The position numbers and the translations under genes were made by a program. The notes below the pieces were generated by a model that searched no databases, was not told the origin of the DNA, and was given only the letters and a program-made list of their open reading frames with translations. From an uncultured Candidatus Saccharibacteria bacterium (GTDB lineage: Bacteria; Patescibacteriota; Minisyncoccia; Phycocordibacterales; UBA5272): a DNA stretch of 64,000 nucleotides. Of this stretch, positions 10,242 through 18,252 are shown piece by piece (positions within the stretch are counted from its first letter, which is position 1; the number at the start of each line of letters is the position of its first letter). Where the stretch lies: the NCBI GenBank assembly GCA_964544935.1, contig CAZJDZ010000004.1, positions 15,802 to 79,801 on the forward strand. Direction: 5' to 3'.

Positions 10242-11210
10242 TTATAATGAGTCAAGGCAAGTAGTGAGCTCACAGGCATAATTTTTTACACTACACATAT
10301 TAAAAGTACCATCCCCTGGATTGATAGGACAAACCCATTTTGGAACAGCATTTTGAAATCCTGTCTGTGTGGTACAGTCTACACTTGGTGCGTTTGGAGG
10401 GGTTCCATTTCCACAACAGTTGTATGAAGCAAAAACAGAAGCTACTGCAGGGACACTTAAATATGTTTGAGAAGAGGCACTTATTTTTTGTTTCATACGT
10501 CGCACCCCTTCTGTAATATTATCTACTACAGAATATGAAGCATCTGTACAACTGCCATTTTGATTGATTTGCATTAAACCACAATCAAATGTTCCGTTAT
10601 CATTTTGGTGAGATCTGTTTGGAACTGCACCAGACTCTTTACACATCGTTACAATAGTCATTTTTTTAAGCATCGAGTCCCCTCCTGTTGCTTGATCAAT
10701 AATAGATTCATATTGTTTCCAGTTACAACCAGTGAGAGTTTTACATACTGTTCCTGCACAAACATTTCCGGACTGTAGTTTTTGTATAATACCAGCGGAG
10801 GATTCACATGCTTTTGAAGAGCCTCCACTCCCAACACTTGTTCCACTTGGAATAGCTGCAACCCCTCCCCCAAACCTTTTCGTCGCTAACGCCCCTAACC
10901 CTATCTCTCCATTCACTAACCCTTTGTTAACCGTAAACAAGATAAGAAACAAAGAAAACACACCAAGTAGTCCAAGAGTTACTTTCTTAATCTTCTCTTT
11001 ACTTTGTCTAATTGATGCTTCAGAAGCTTGCACCTGTAGCATTCCCGCTCCTACTAGTTGAAAAAAAGCAGCAATCACAATTGCTGTAAAGAAGAGTCCA
11101 TATATAAATGAAGATGTAGCAAAGAATGATATAGATTCCCCTGCTTTAAACGAAGGAGCAGTCATACCAAGAGCGGTGAGGTTGGAGGGTTCGAGAGAGG
11201 TATATTCCAT
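10242..11210 (-). CDS. membrane-anchored lytic transglycosylase (SLT domain), VirB1-like T4SS cell-wall hydrolase
   Basis: N-terminal two-TM hairpin, then Cys-rich domain with ES...GLMQIN (SLT catalytic Glu and GLMQ motif). Confidence 0.6.
   Translation of the reverse strand: MEYTSLEPSNLTALGMTAPSFKAGESISFFATSSFIYGLFFTAIVIAAFFQLVGAGMLQVQASEASIRQSKEKIKKVTLGLLGVFSLFLILFTVNKGLVNGEIGLGALATKRFGGGVAAIPSGTSVGSGGSSKACESSAGIIQKLQSGNVCAGTVCKTLTGCNWKQYESIIDQATGGDSMLKKMTIVTMCKESGAVPNRSHQNDNGTFDCGLMQINQNGSCTDASYSVVDNITEGVRRMKQKISASSQTYLSVPAVASVFASYNCCGNGTPPNAPSVDCTTQTGFQNAVPKWVCPINPGDGTFNMCSVKNYACELTTCLDSL
10878..11201 (-). repeat. 324-bp repeat copy A (5' module of SLT gene)
   Basis: nucleotide-identical to 13110-13433 as far as read; encodes identical 108-aa anchor YTSLEPSNLTALGMTAPSFKAGESISFFATSS...GLGALATK. 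Confidence 0.8.
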
Positions 11211-11215
11211 AACTA

Positions 11216-12511
11216 CTAATTTTCACCAAGAAGATTTGTGTTAAGAAGCCACAAAGAAGAATCTTGCTTCTTTGTAAAGCTTACAAAGAAATTATCTTCA
11301 GATGTAGTTAGTTTAATGATATCAAAAGCGCCCTCTTCCTCTTTAAAGGAATATAAAGAGTATTGTTCACCTGTTCGTACATCAATGGTAAAAAGATCAT
11401 CACTAAAAGAAATTCTTCCTTGGAGCCAGTCATCTGGTAACCCTTCCGTTACTCTGGGTATTGTTCTAGGGATAGCACATACAAAAAAGTCTTTAGTCTG
11501 TATAGCACACTTAGGTGCAAGTGTTGCAAAAGGAAGAACCCGAAGTGTTCCATTTTGAGAAAGAAATGTTGCAAGACCATTTTTCCCCCACATGCTATTT
11601 AACAGAGTTCCTTGGGATAAAGGGAGTGTCATAAGACCTGTTTTTTCAGCAACCTCTCCTTCAAATCGAGGTAAGCTAAGAGTCGCCCCTTCTATATATG
11701 CAGATGGTTTAGTTGTTACATACAGCGTATTCCCTCCGTATGAAATAGCCCATTCCCTAAATGGTGAAGAGGTTATGAATGTAGGATTTTTTGATGCAGT
11801 AACAGAATAGATAGCGCTTCCATTATCTGTCGCGACAACATATGAGCTTTCTGTTTTTGCTTGGTTAACAGCAACAGCAAGTACTTGAGAAGTTAAGTAT
11901 TCAATGTTCCCAAGAGGAGACGCTTCCGTTGATTGATTGATTGAGGGGACATTTGCGATTAGTCCAACAATTGTATTTTTTGTTTGATCTACATAACGCA
12001 TAATCACACGTCTCCCATTATCAAAAAAGTAAGCATCGTGCACCCCAGGGATTACAGAGTTACTTATTTGAAAAACCTGACCAGTCTCTAGTGGATAACC
12101 ATAAATATATCCAGTTGTTGCATCAACAAAGATAACCACAGTTGTTGTCGCACGAATAGTTTTCTTAACTTCAATTGTTGTTGTTCCTTGAGTGCTTGTT
12201 GCAGTAATTTCTTTGAGTACTTGAGTGGTGATAAATGTTTGACCTGTTGCTGGCTTTCCCCAGATTTTTACAAGAGGCATTGCAAGAGGGTTTGTTACTT
12301 CTGTTGTTGAAGAGTTAGTATCTTCACCATTAATCCAATCAGATATAAACTGAAATCGAGGAGGAAATGTTCTTGTCGGGATTGGATCATTTGTTGACTG
12401 TAATGAAGGAGCAATTACTGGTTTTGCATAGAAAAAATACCAAACAAGAACAATAACAACAAAAAATAGTACGAACCCAACAGCTATACGCAAACGACGG
12501 TTACTTTCCAT
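11216..12511 (-). CDS. hypothetical N-terminally anchored extracytoplasmic protein (beta-rich, Thr/Val-rich)
   Basis: single N-terminal TM (VGFVLFFVVIVLVWYFFYA); 431 aa; sits between the two hydrolase paralogs. Confidence 0.4.
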   Translation of the reverse strand: MESNRRLRIAVGFVLFFVVIVLVWYFFYAKPVIAPSLQSTNDPIPTRTFPPRFQFISDWINGEDTNSSTTEVTNPLAMPLVKIWGKPATGQTFITTQVLKEITATSTQGTTTIEVKKTIRATTTVVIFVDATTGYIYGYPLETGQVFQISNSVIPGVHDAYFFDNGRRVIMRYVDQTKNTIVGLIANVPSINQSTEASPLGNIEYLTSQVLAVAVNQAKTESSYVVATDNGSAIYSVTASKNPTFITSSPFREWAISYGGNTLYVTTKPSAYIEGATLSLPRFEGEVAEKTGLMTLPLSQGTLLNSMWGKNGLATFLSQNGTLRVLPFATLAPKCAIQTKDFFVCAIPRTIPRVTEGLPDDWLQGRISFSDDLFTIDVRTGEQYSLYSFKEEEGAFDIIKLTTSEDNFFVSFTKKQDSSLWLLNTNLLGEN

Positions 12512-12641
12512 ATAAAGAAGTATAGCAAGGATAGATAAGAGATTATAGAGTATAAAGTGCTAGAACTAATTACTTTGTATATAGTAAGTACAGTGAATCT
12601 ACTGTATTGTAGTACCTTACAAACCTTACAGCTAAGTTTTT

Positions 12642-13451
12642 TTATTTATATATGTGCCAATGTGCGGCTGTATTTTTTTCATCACAAAAAATATAACCAA
12701 AATTTTTATAGGTTGCTTTACAAAAACCAAGTGTTGGTCCTGGGGTGAAATTACGAACACAAGCATTAAGAGTCACATCATTAATTCCAAGGTCAACAGG
12801 AGTTCTTCCTGGACCATGACTGCTATGACCAGCTTCTGTTCCCCCTGTTACCTGTATAGAACCACCACAGGTACTTTTCAAGCTTTGAAGCATTATAAGT
12901 GTCTCTGGGTGCATTCCACCTACAGTTGTACATTCAGTAGCGGTAGGAGAAGAACATACTGATTTGTTTACAGTAATTCCTAGTTGTCTTAATTTTTCAC
13001 GAACAACAGGGTCTTCGTTAATAGCATTTTGCATACTATTGTTCCCAGATGGGGATCCGGCTCCTCCTGAAGGTGCTTGAGCGCCAATAGAGATACTTGT
13101 GCTAGTCCCTTTCGTCGCTAACGCCCCTAACCCTATCTCTCCATTCACTAACCCTTTGTTAACCGTAAACAAGATAAGAAACAAAGAAAACACACCAAGT
13201 AGTCCAAGAGTTACTTTCTTAATCTTCTCTTTACTTTGTCTAATTGATGCTTCAGAAGCTTGCACCTGTAGCATTCCCGCTCCTACTAGTTGAAAAAAAG
13301 CAGCAATCACAATTGCTGTAAAGAAGAGTCCATATATAAATGAAGATGTAGCAAAGAATGATATAGATTCCCCTGCTTTAAACGAAGGAGCAGTCATACC
13401 AAGAGCGGTGAGGTTGGAGGGTTCGAGAGAGGTGTAGGATACAGATTGCAT
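12642..13451 (-). CDS. membrane-anchored LAS-type (M15/VanY-like) zinc peptidase, putative peptidoglycan peptidase
   Basis: same 108-aa anchor as 10242-11210; C-terminal SSHGPGRTPVD (H-x7-D) and HWH (H-x-H) motifs characteristic of LAS metallopeptidases. Confidence 0.5.
   Translation of the reverse strand: MQSVSYTSLEPSNLTALGMTAPSFKAGESISFFATSSFIYGLFFTAIVIAAFFQLVGAGMLQVQASEASIRQSKEKIKKVTLGLLGVFSLFLILFTVNKGLVNGEIGLGALATKGTSTSISIGAQAPSGGAGSPSGNNSMQNAINEDPVVREKLRQLGITVNKSVCSSPTATECTTVGGMHPETLIMLQSLKSTCGGSIQVTGGTEAGHSSHGPGRTPVDLGINDVTLNACVRNFTPGPTLGFCKATYKNFGYIFCDEKNTAAHWHIYK
13110..13433 (-). repeat. 324-bp repeat copy B (5' module of LAS peptidase gene)
   Basis: identical to 10878-11201; offset 2232 bp, same strand. 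Confidence 0.8.
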
Positions 13452-13466
13452 GTACTCTAGTATAAA

Positions 13467-14438
13467 CTATTTTCTTGTATCAAAAATAAGTTCCGTTTCT
13501 AGTTCTGCATTTTGAAGAACCCTTGTTGGACCTGCTATTTTAATCGTAAGTAATTTTGAACCATAACTATTTTCTTTTGGATGAAGAGCAAGAAGTCTTC
13601 CTCCAAGTGGGGTCGATGGAAGGCCATCCAAAAACCATGTATATGTAGGACTCTTTGTCTCTTTGTCTGATACATAAAAAGGTTCAAGAGAAAGTGTAAA
13701 GTCCTTCACCACTTCAAATCTTCGTTCTATAAGATTCTTGAGTGTTGTACCGAATATCTGATCATATACATACAGAAGTGGCATAACAGGATGAGGAGTG
13801 ATAGTTATTGTTTTTGTTGCAGTAGTTCCATTCGGACTGTATACAACAACTCGGATATCATCACTATCCTGTAAGTAGTTGAGCTCTATGGTTGCTGACT
13901 GTTTACCATACCCAGAATAATTTTTAAGAAGCTGATCATCAATATACCAGCTATATGAAAGTGTTGCTGGGTCAAGCATGACACCTTTGTCACTCATCTG
14001 AGGTATCGCAGTAACTCTCACTGTTGCTCCGTCAGAAGGAAGAGATCTTCCTTCATAGAGTACAGGAACATAACTTTTAGGTGCTTCATAGATAAGTATT
14101 ACTGACGAAGGTGTGATTGAGAGTGTTTTGGTTACAAAGCTACCATCAGCAAGCTCAGCTTTTACAAAAATACGTGAAGTCACTCCAACATCAGCTGTTT
14201 GAAGTGTAAGAGTATCAGCACCTCTACCTTGAAGAATGGTATTTCCATCCATTTGCCATGTAATAAATGCGATCCCAGTATTAAAAGAATAACTCGAAAG
14301 AGTTATACGAACCGTGCTTTTTGGCGATGGGTTCGGTGGATCAAGTGTTATAAACGCATCTGTTTGTTGTGCATATGCGTGTGTACAGAAGAAAAAGAGA
14401 TAGATGCAAGAAGAAAGAATTGTAATTATTTTTTTCAT
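13467..14438 (-). CDS. hypothetical secreted protein (signal peptide), T4SS-associated
   Basis: MKKIITILSSCIYLFFFCTHAYA signal peptide; 4-nt overlap with the VirB4 stop suggests translational coupling. Confidence 0.45.
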   Translation of the reverse strand: MKKIITILSSCIYLFFFCTHAYAQQTDAFITLDPPNPSPKSTVRITLSSYSFNTGIAFITWQMDGNTILQGRGADTLTLQTADVGVTSRIFVKAELADGSFVTKTLSITPSSVILIYEAPKSYVPVLYEGRSLPSDGATVRVTAIPQMSDKGVMLDPATLSYSWYIDDQLLKNYSGYGKQSATIELNYLQDSDDIRVVVYSPNGTTATKTITITPHPVMPLLYVYDQIFGTTLKNLIERRFEVVKDFTLSLEPFYVSDKETKSPTYTWFLDGLPSTPLGGRLLALHPKENSYGSKLLTIKIAGPTRVLQNAELETELIFDTRK

Positions 14439-16264
14439 ACACCTTTTGATTGTTCAACCTCCTCCTTCATTTCTTGAATTTTAAGAAGTTGAGAAGGGTC
14501 ACTTGTGATAATCTGATCCTCTGTATATGAAGCAACAACTTTAAGTGCCACATGTTTAAGACCTGCAAAAAAGATCCCTTCCCCCACACCGGACTCTAGA
14601 AGTAAGAACTTTTCTTCATTAGTAAGATTAAAAGTTTTTTGAACAATATCAATTGAAGACGGGGATTGTTTGAGAAGAATTTGAATTGAAGAGTTGGTAA
14701 TAATTGGAAGACCATATGGAGATTTAAGAAAATCCCCTACGTCTTGTGTAATTGTTGCAAGTCCTAAATAATATTTTCTTCCACGTTTTGCAAGACCAAA
14801 AAGGAAAGATGCTGTATCATCGTTTTTCATCATGATCCACGCTTCATCTACCACAAGGAGTCGCTTACGAAGATTTTTACGAACAGCGTTCCAGATGAAA
14901 TGTGTGATGAGATACATAGCAACTGGCTTGAGGTCATCTTCCATGTCTCGAATAGAAAAACAAACAAGCTTCTTGTTGATGTCCACATTTGAAGGCTGGT
15001 TGATGAACCCTGACCATGTCCCTTTTGTATATTTTGAGATTCTTTGAACAAGACTTTCAGACCCCTCTATTCCTGAGAGTACAGTTTCAAAATCAGAAAG
15101 AAGTGGTGGTTCTAGTTTTGTAAAATCAGTATCACCATTAATATCTTTAAGTGCATACGTTTCGGTAATTGCCTGATCGATAATAGCGTCTTCCTCAGGA
15201 GTAAGACCTCCAAGCATCACACGAAAAAGTCCAACCAAGTTCACAATGTTTGATCTAAGCACCTCTGAAGGAGATTCATCTTGTGTTGGATGTGGCAAGT
15301 CAAATGGGTTGATATGGTGTTCCCCAACAAGTGAAATATCAAAGTAACGGCCACCAACAGATTCTGCAAGAAATTCATATTCGCGTTCTGGGTCAATGAT
15401 AATTACTTCAGTATCAAACATAAGAGTTCGCAGAATTTCAAGTTTTGTAAAATAACTTTTTCCAGAACCAGATTTTGCAAACACAATTGAATTGTAGTTC
15501 TCCATTGAGAAGCGATCAAAGAGAATGAGACTACCATTGTGACGATTAAGTCCATACAAGATCCCTCTATCAGAAGAAAGATCAAAAGAAACAAATGGGA
15601 AAAACGAAGACAAAGGAGATGTGTTAAGCTTGTTTTTTATCTGTAACAAATCTTGTCCAACTGGAAGTGTTGAAATAAAACCTGCATCTTGCTGGAAAAG
15701 TGCCGGCTTAACGTACACAAGTTTACTTTCAAGAATATTTTTAATTTCATTTTCTGCCTTATCTATTTCTTCATTTGTTTTACCATAAAGAGTAATATAC
15801 AAAGATACTTCAAACATCTTCTCTTGAGCTTGTGTAAGGCCGTCACGAAGATCTTCAAGATCTTGGTAAGCAACATCAAGTGTCGGGTCTCTTACCATCC
15901 CCTTTTCATCACGAGTCATGATTTGACTCTGTACCTCTGCCACCTTTCTTTGAAATGTCTTCATGACTTCACTCGTATTAAGTGGAACAATATGAATTGA
16001 AATATCAAAAACCTTATCAAGGTTAATAACTGGACTTAGCCAGTTATCAGTAAGGTATCTAGGGTATGAAATAACAAAAAAAGAACGCGTAATTGACGTG
16101 CCTAAGTTAAGCGCTTTTGATTGCACTTCAAGTGCACTCGGTGCAATAATATCTTTTAATTGCATCTCAGCAATCTTATACACCTGCTCTGGTAATACCG
16201 GAGTGATGAGCGATTTATGTTCAGGCTCTGCCTTTTTTTTGTTTAAAAAATCAAAAAGTCCCAT
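14435..16264 (-). CDS. virB4: VirB4/TrbE-family conjugal-transfer ATPase (Gram-positive PrgJ/TcpF type)
   Basis: Walker A FAKSGSGKSYFTK, Walker B LLVVDEAW; N-terminal DIIAPSALEV...YPRYLTDNWLSPVI region typical of monoderm VirB4. Confidence 0.8.
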   Translation of the reverse strand: MGLFDFLNKKKAEPEHKSLITPVLPEQVYKIAEMQLKDIIAPSALEVQSKALNLGTSITRSFFVISYPRYLTDNWLSPVINLDKVFDISIHIVPLNTSEVMKTFQRKVAEVQSQIMTRDEKGMVRDPTLDVAYQDLEDLRDGLTQAQEKMFEVSLYITLYGKTNEEIDKAENEIKNILESKLVYVKPALFQQDAGFISTLPVGQDLLQIKNKLNTSPLSSFFPFVSFDLSSDRGILYGLNRHNGSLILFDRFSMENYNSIVFAKSGSGKSYFTKLEILRTLMFDTEVIIIDPEREYEFLAESVGGRYFDISLVGEHHINPFDLPHPTQDESPSEVLRSNIVNLVGLFRVMLGGLTPEEDAIIDQAITETYALKDINGDTDFTKLEPPLLSDFETVLSGIEGSESLVQRISKYTKGTWSGFINQPSNVDINKKLVCFSIRDMEDDLKPVAMYLITHFIWNAVRKNLRKRLLVVDEAWIMMKNDDTASFLFGLAKRGRKYYLGLATITQDVGDFLKSPYGLPIITNSSIQILLKQSPSSIDIVQKTFNLTNEEKFLLLESGVGEGIFFAGLKHVALKVVASYTEDQIITSDPSQLLKIQEMKEEVEQSKGV

Positions 16265-16269
16265 ATAAT

Positions 16270-16902
16270 TTATTGTGTAACTTTAGGAGCCGCTCTGTCT
16301 CCTTCACTTGGATTAAAGAGTTTATAGAAGAGCTCAACCACCTCCTCTGTTCCAAGTCTTTGAGCACGAAGCCCAAAACGAGAAAGTCCTTGTAGTACAG
16401 TTGCTGTACGTTGTTCAAGTTGAATACGTGCAGCTTCAAACCCTGTCTCAATATTTTTTGATGAACTGTTGCCCCCTAAAGAAAGAAGAGAAGAAGGGCT
16501 TGTTCCTTGAGCGCTTTGATTGAAGTATGGAACAGTAACAAAAAAGTGTTTGGTCATGATGTTACTTTCTTCGGTGAACTTAGCTATGAATCCCATATAT
16601 TCATGGATCTGGATCTTGAGCAAATCTTCTTTTACCTCCCCACTTCGTTCTTTAAGGAGGTCCATATATGGTTTGATATTAAGTTTTCTTGATTGCACAA
16701 AAATCTCTACAGGAAAATCAAGTGAATTAAGAAAATTTTGAAACTGGGACAGTACTGCTTGCTGCTCATCTTCACTTTTGAGTCCAAGGTTAAGTGAGTT
16801 GGTGAGCAAGATAGCACGAAGTTCCCCTGTCTTTAAAATAACAATACCATCGCGTACACGCTCAATTGGAACAAACTCTTGTGTTGATAGTCCTTTAGCC
16901 AT
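16270..16902 (-). CDS. T4SS-associated protein resembling the extra N-terminal domain of long (Tn916 Orf16-type) VirB4 proteins
   Basis: FVPIERVRDGIVILKTGELRAILLTNSLNLGLKSEDEQQAVLSQF pattern; stop TAA lies 5 nt upstream of the VirB4 ATG in a different frame. Confidence 0.45.
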   Translation of the reverse strand: MAKGLSTQEFVPIERVRDGIVILKTGELRAILLTNSLNLGLKSEDEQQAVLSQFQNFLNSLDFPVEIFVQSRKLNIKPYMDLLKERSGEVKEDLLKIQIHEYMGFIAKFTEESNIMTKHFFVTVPYFNQSAQGTSPSSLLSLGGNSSSKNIETGFEAARIQLEQRTATVLQGLSRFGLRAQRLGTEEVVELFYKLFNPSEGDRAAPKVTQ

Positions 16903-16932
16903 ATCTACAATACAGTATACCCTAAGAATTTT

Positions 16933-17364
16933 TTACTCCCTATCCTCTTTCTGTGAGTTGTGTTCAAAAACATCAAGTCCAAGTGCAAGATCATGAATTT
17001 TATCTCGATTTGTTTTTTGAATAATAATTTCTTTTTGAGTGTTTGCAACAACTTGATCAACTGAAGTTTCATTCTTTTTCATTTCTGGTTGTCTCCATGT
17101 GTAGACTTTTGCACCAGTGTAATAATTAAAAGCACTTTCTAATATTTCACCAAAAGATCTGTTGTTGTATTTTACAAAAGCAAGTGAAAGAAATAGTCCT
17201 GCAACAGGAATAATCAAAAGTATTGCAAGAAATTTAATTGGCATAAATGTCCAAATAAGAAACGAGGTTCCTCCAGCGCCAACTAAGTAGCCAAACTGTT
17301 TTAAGGTAAAAGGGCCGAAGACTTTATCTTCCATATCGATGAATTGTGGTACTCGAAATTGCAT
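16933..17364 (-). CDS. PrgI/VirB3-like small membrane protein
   Basis: VPQFIDMEDKVFGPFTLKQFGYLVGAGG followed by two TM helices; positioned upstream of virB4 as PrgI is to PrgJ. Confidence 0.5.
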   Translation of the reverse strand: MQFRVPQFIDMEDKVFGPFTLKQFGYLVGAGGTSFLIWTFMPIKFLAILLIIPVAGLFLSLAFVKYNNRSFGEILESAFNYYTGAKVYTWRQPEMKKNETSVDQVVANTQKEIIIQKTNRDKIHDLALGLDVFEHNSQKEDRE

Positions 17365-17485
17365 ATAGATAGTATAACAAAAAATACTAGACGTAGATAA
17401 GACATATAAGATAGTAAGATAAAAAGACTGTTTTGCTTACTAGACAAACGGTCTAAAAGTCTTACATTCTTCTTGTCTTGTTTGT

Positions 17486-18226
17486 CTATTCTTCCGAATA
17501 TTCTCTATATGGATCAACGTTATATTTTGTTGGAGCTACACTGTAGGTTGAGTGATTAACTGTTGCGTCAGCAACATCCTTTCCTTTTTCCCCAAACATA
17601 AAGCTTTTAAGGGCGATCTTAGAAGTGAGACTATTATCCTCTTCTTGCTTTTTAATTGCACCAATCTGCTCCTGAATATGCTTGAGACGCTCCCCTATTT
17701 CTTCATCATTTGGAATAGAACTAAGAACTTGTAATTGTTCAAGGAGTTGAGAGCGTGACCCTGGAGCAATCACGGTTGTTTTCTTAGGAAGTGGAGATGA
17801 TTGGTCTTTGTTAATGCCAGACTCTCTTTTTGTTGTATCGAGAATAGACTTACGAAGTTCGTCCTTTGTTTTATCTCCTTGATACTCAAGTGTCTTTACT
17901 TCGCCGCTTTTCTTAAAAAGTGAAATACGAGCCTTCTCAAGGATCGATCCCTCAAGGTCTGTAGCTATATGGATAGCATCCTCACTATTTACATCAACAA
18001 GTTCTTGAAGGGCTTGCACAACATCATCTGGCTGTATTGCTCCAATCAAAATAAAAGAAATGATATTAGAAAGCGCGATTTGCTTACCAATTGGAATTTT
18101 ATATTTTGCTCCAAGGGTGAGAGTTGCTTGGTCTAAATCACCATTAAGAATCAGATCCTGAACAGCAGGCTCTGCGCTATCAAAAAGTTCATCATGGTTA
18201 CTTGCGATGTACGACGGTAGGCTCAT
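17486..18226 (-). CDS. hypothetical protein in T4SS-like block
   Basis: 246 aa, no motif recognised. Confidence 0.35.
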   Translation of the reverse strand: MSLPSYIASNHDELFDSAEPAVQDLILNGDLDQATLTLGAKYKIPIGKQIALSNIISFILIGAIQPDDVVQALQELVDVNSEDAIHIATDLEGSILEKARISLFKKSGEVKTLEYQGDKTKDELRKSILDTTKRESGINKDQSSPLPKKTTVIAPGSRSQLLEQLQVLSSIPNDEEIGERLKHIQEQIGAIKKQEEDNSLTSKIALKSFMFGEKGKDVADATVNHSTYSVAPTKYNVDPYREYSEE

Positions 18227-18252
18227 AACTTATAGTATATAGTATGTCTTTC

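Noticed and set aside
16251-16451. 66-aa ORF in the third frame at the VirB4 junction
   Set aside because: Overlaps both flanking ORFs and has no independent support.
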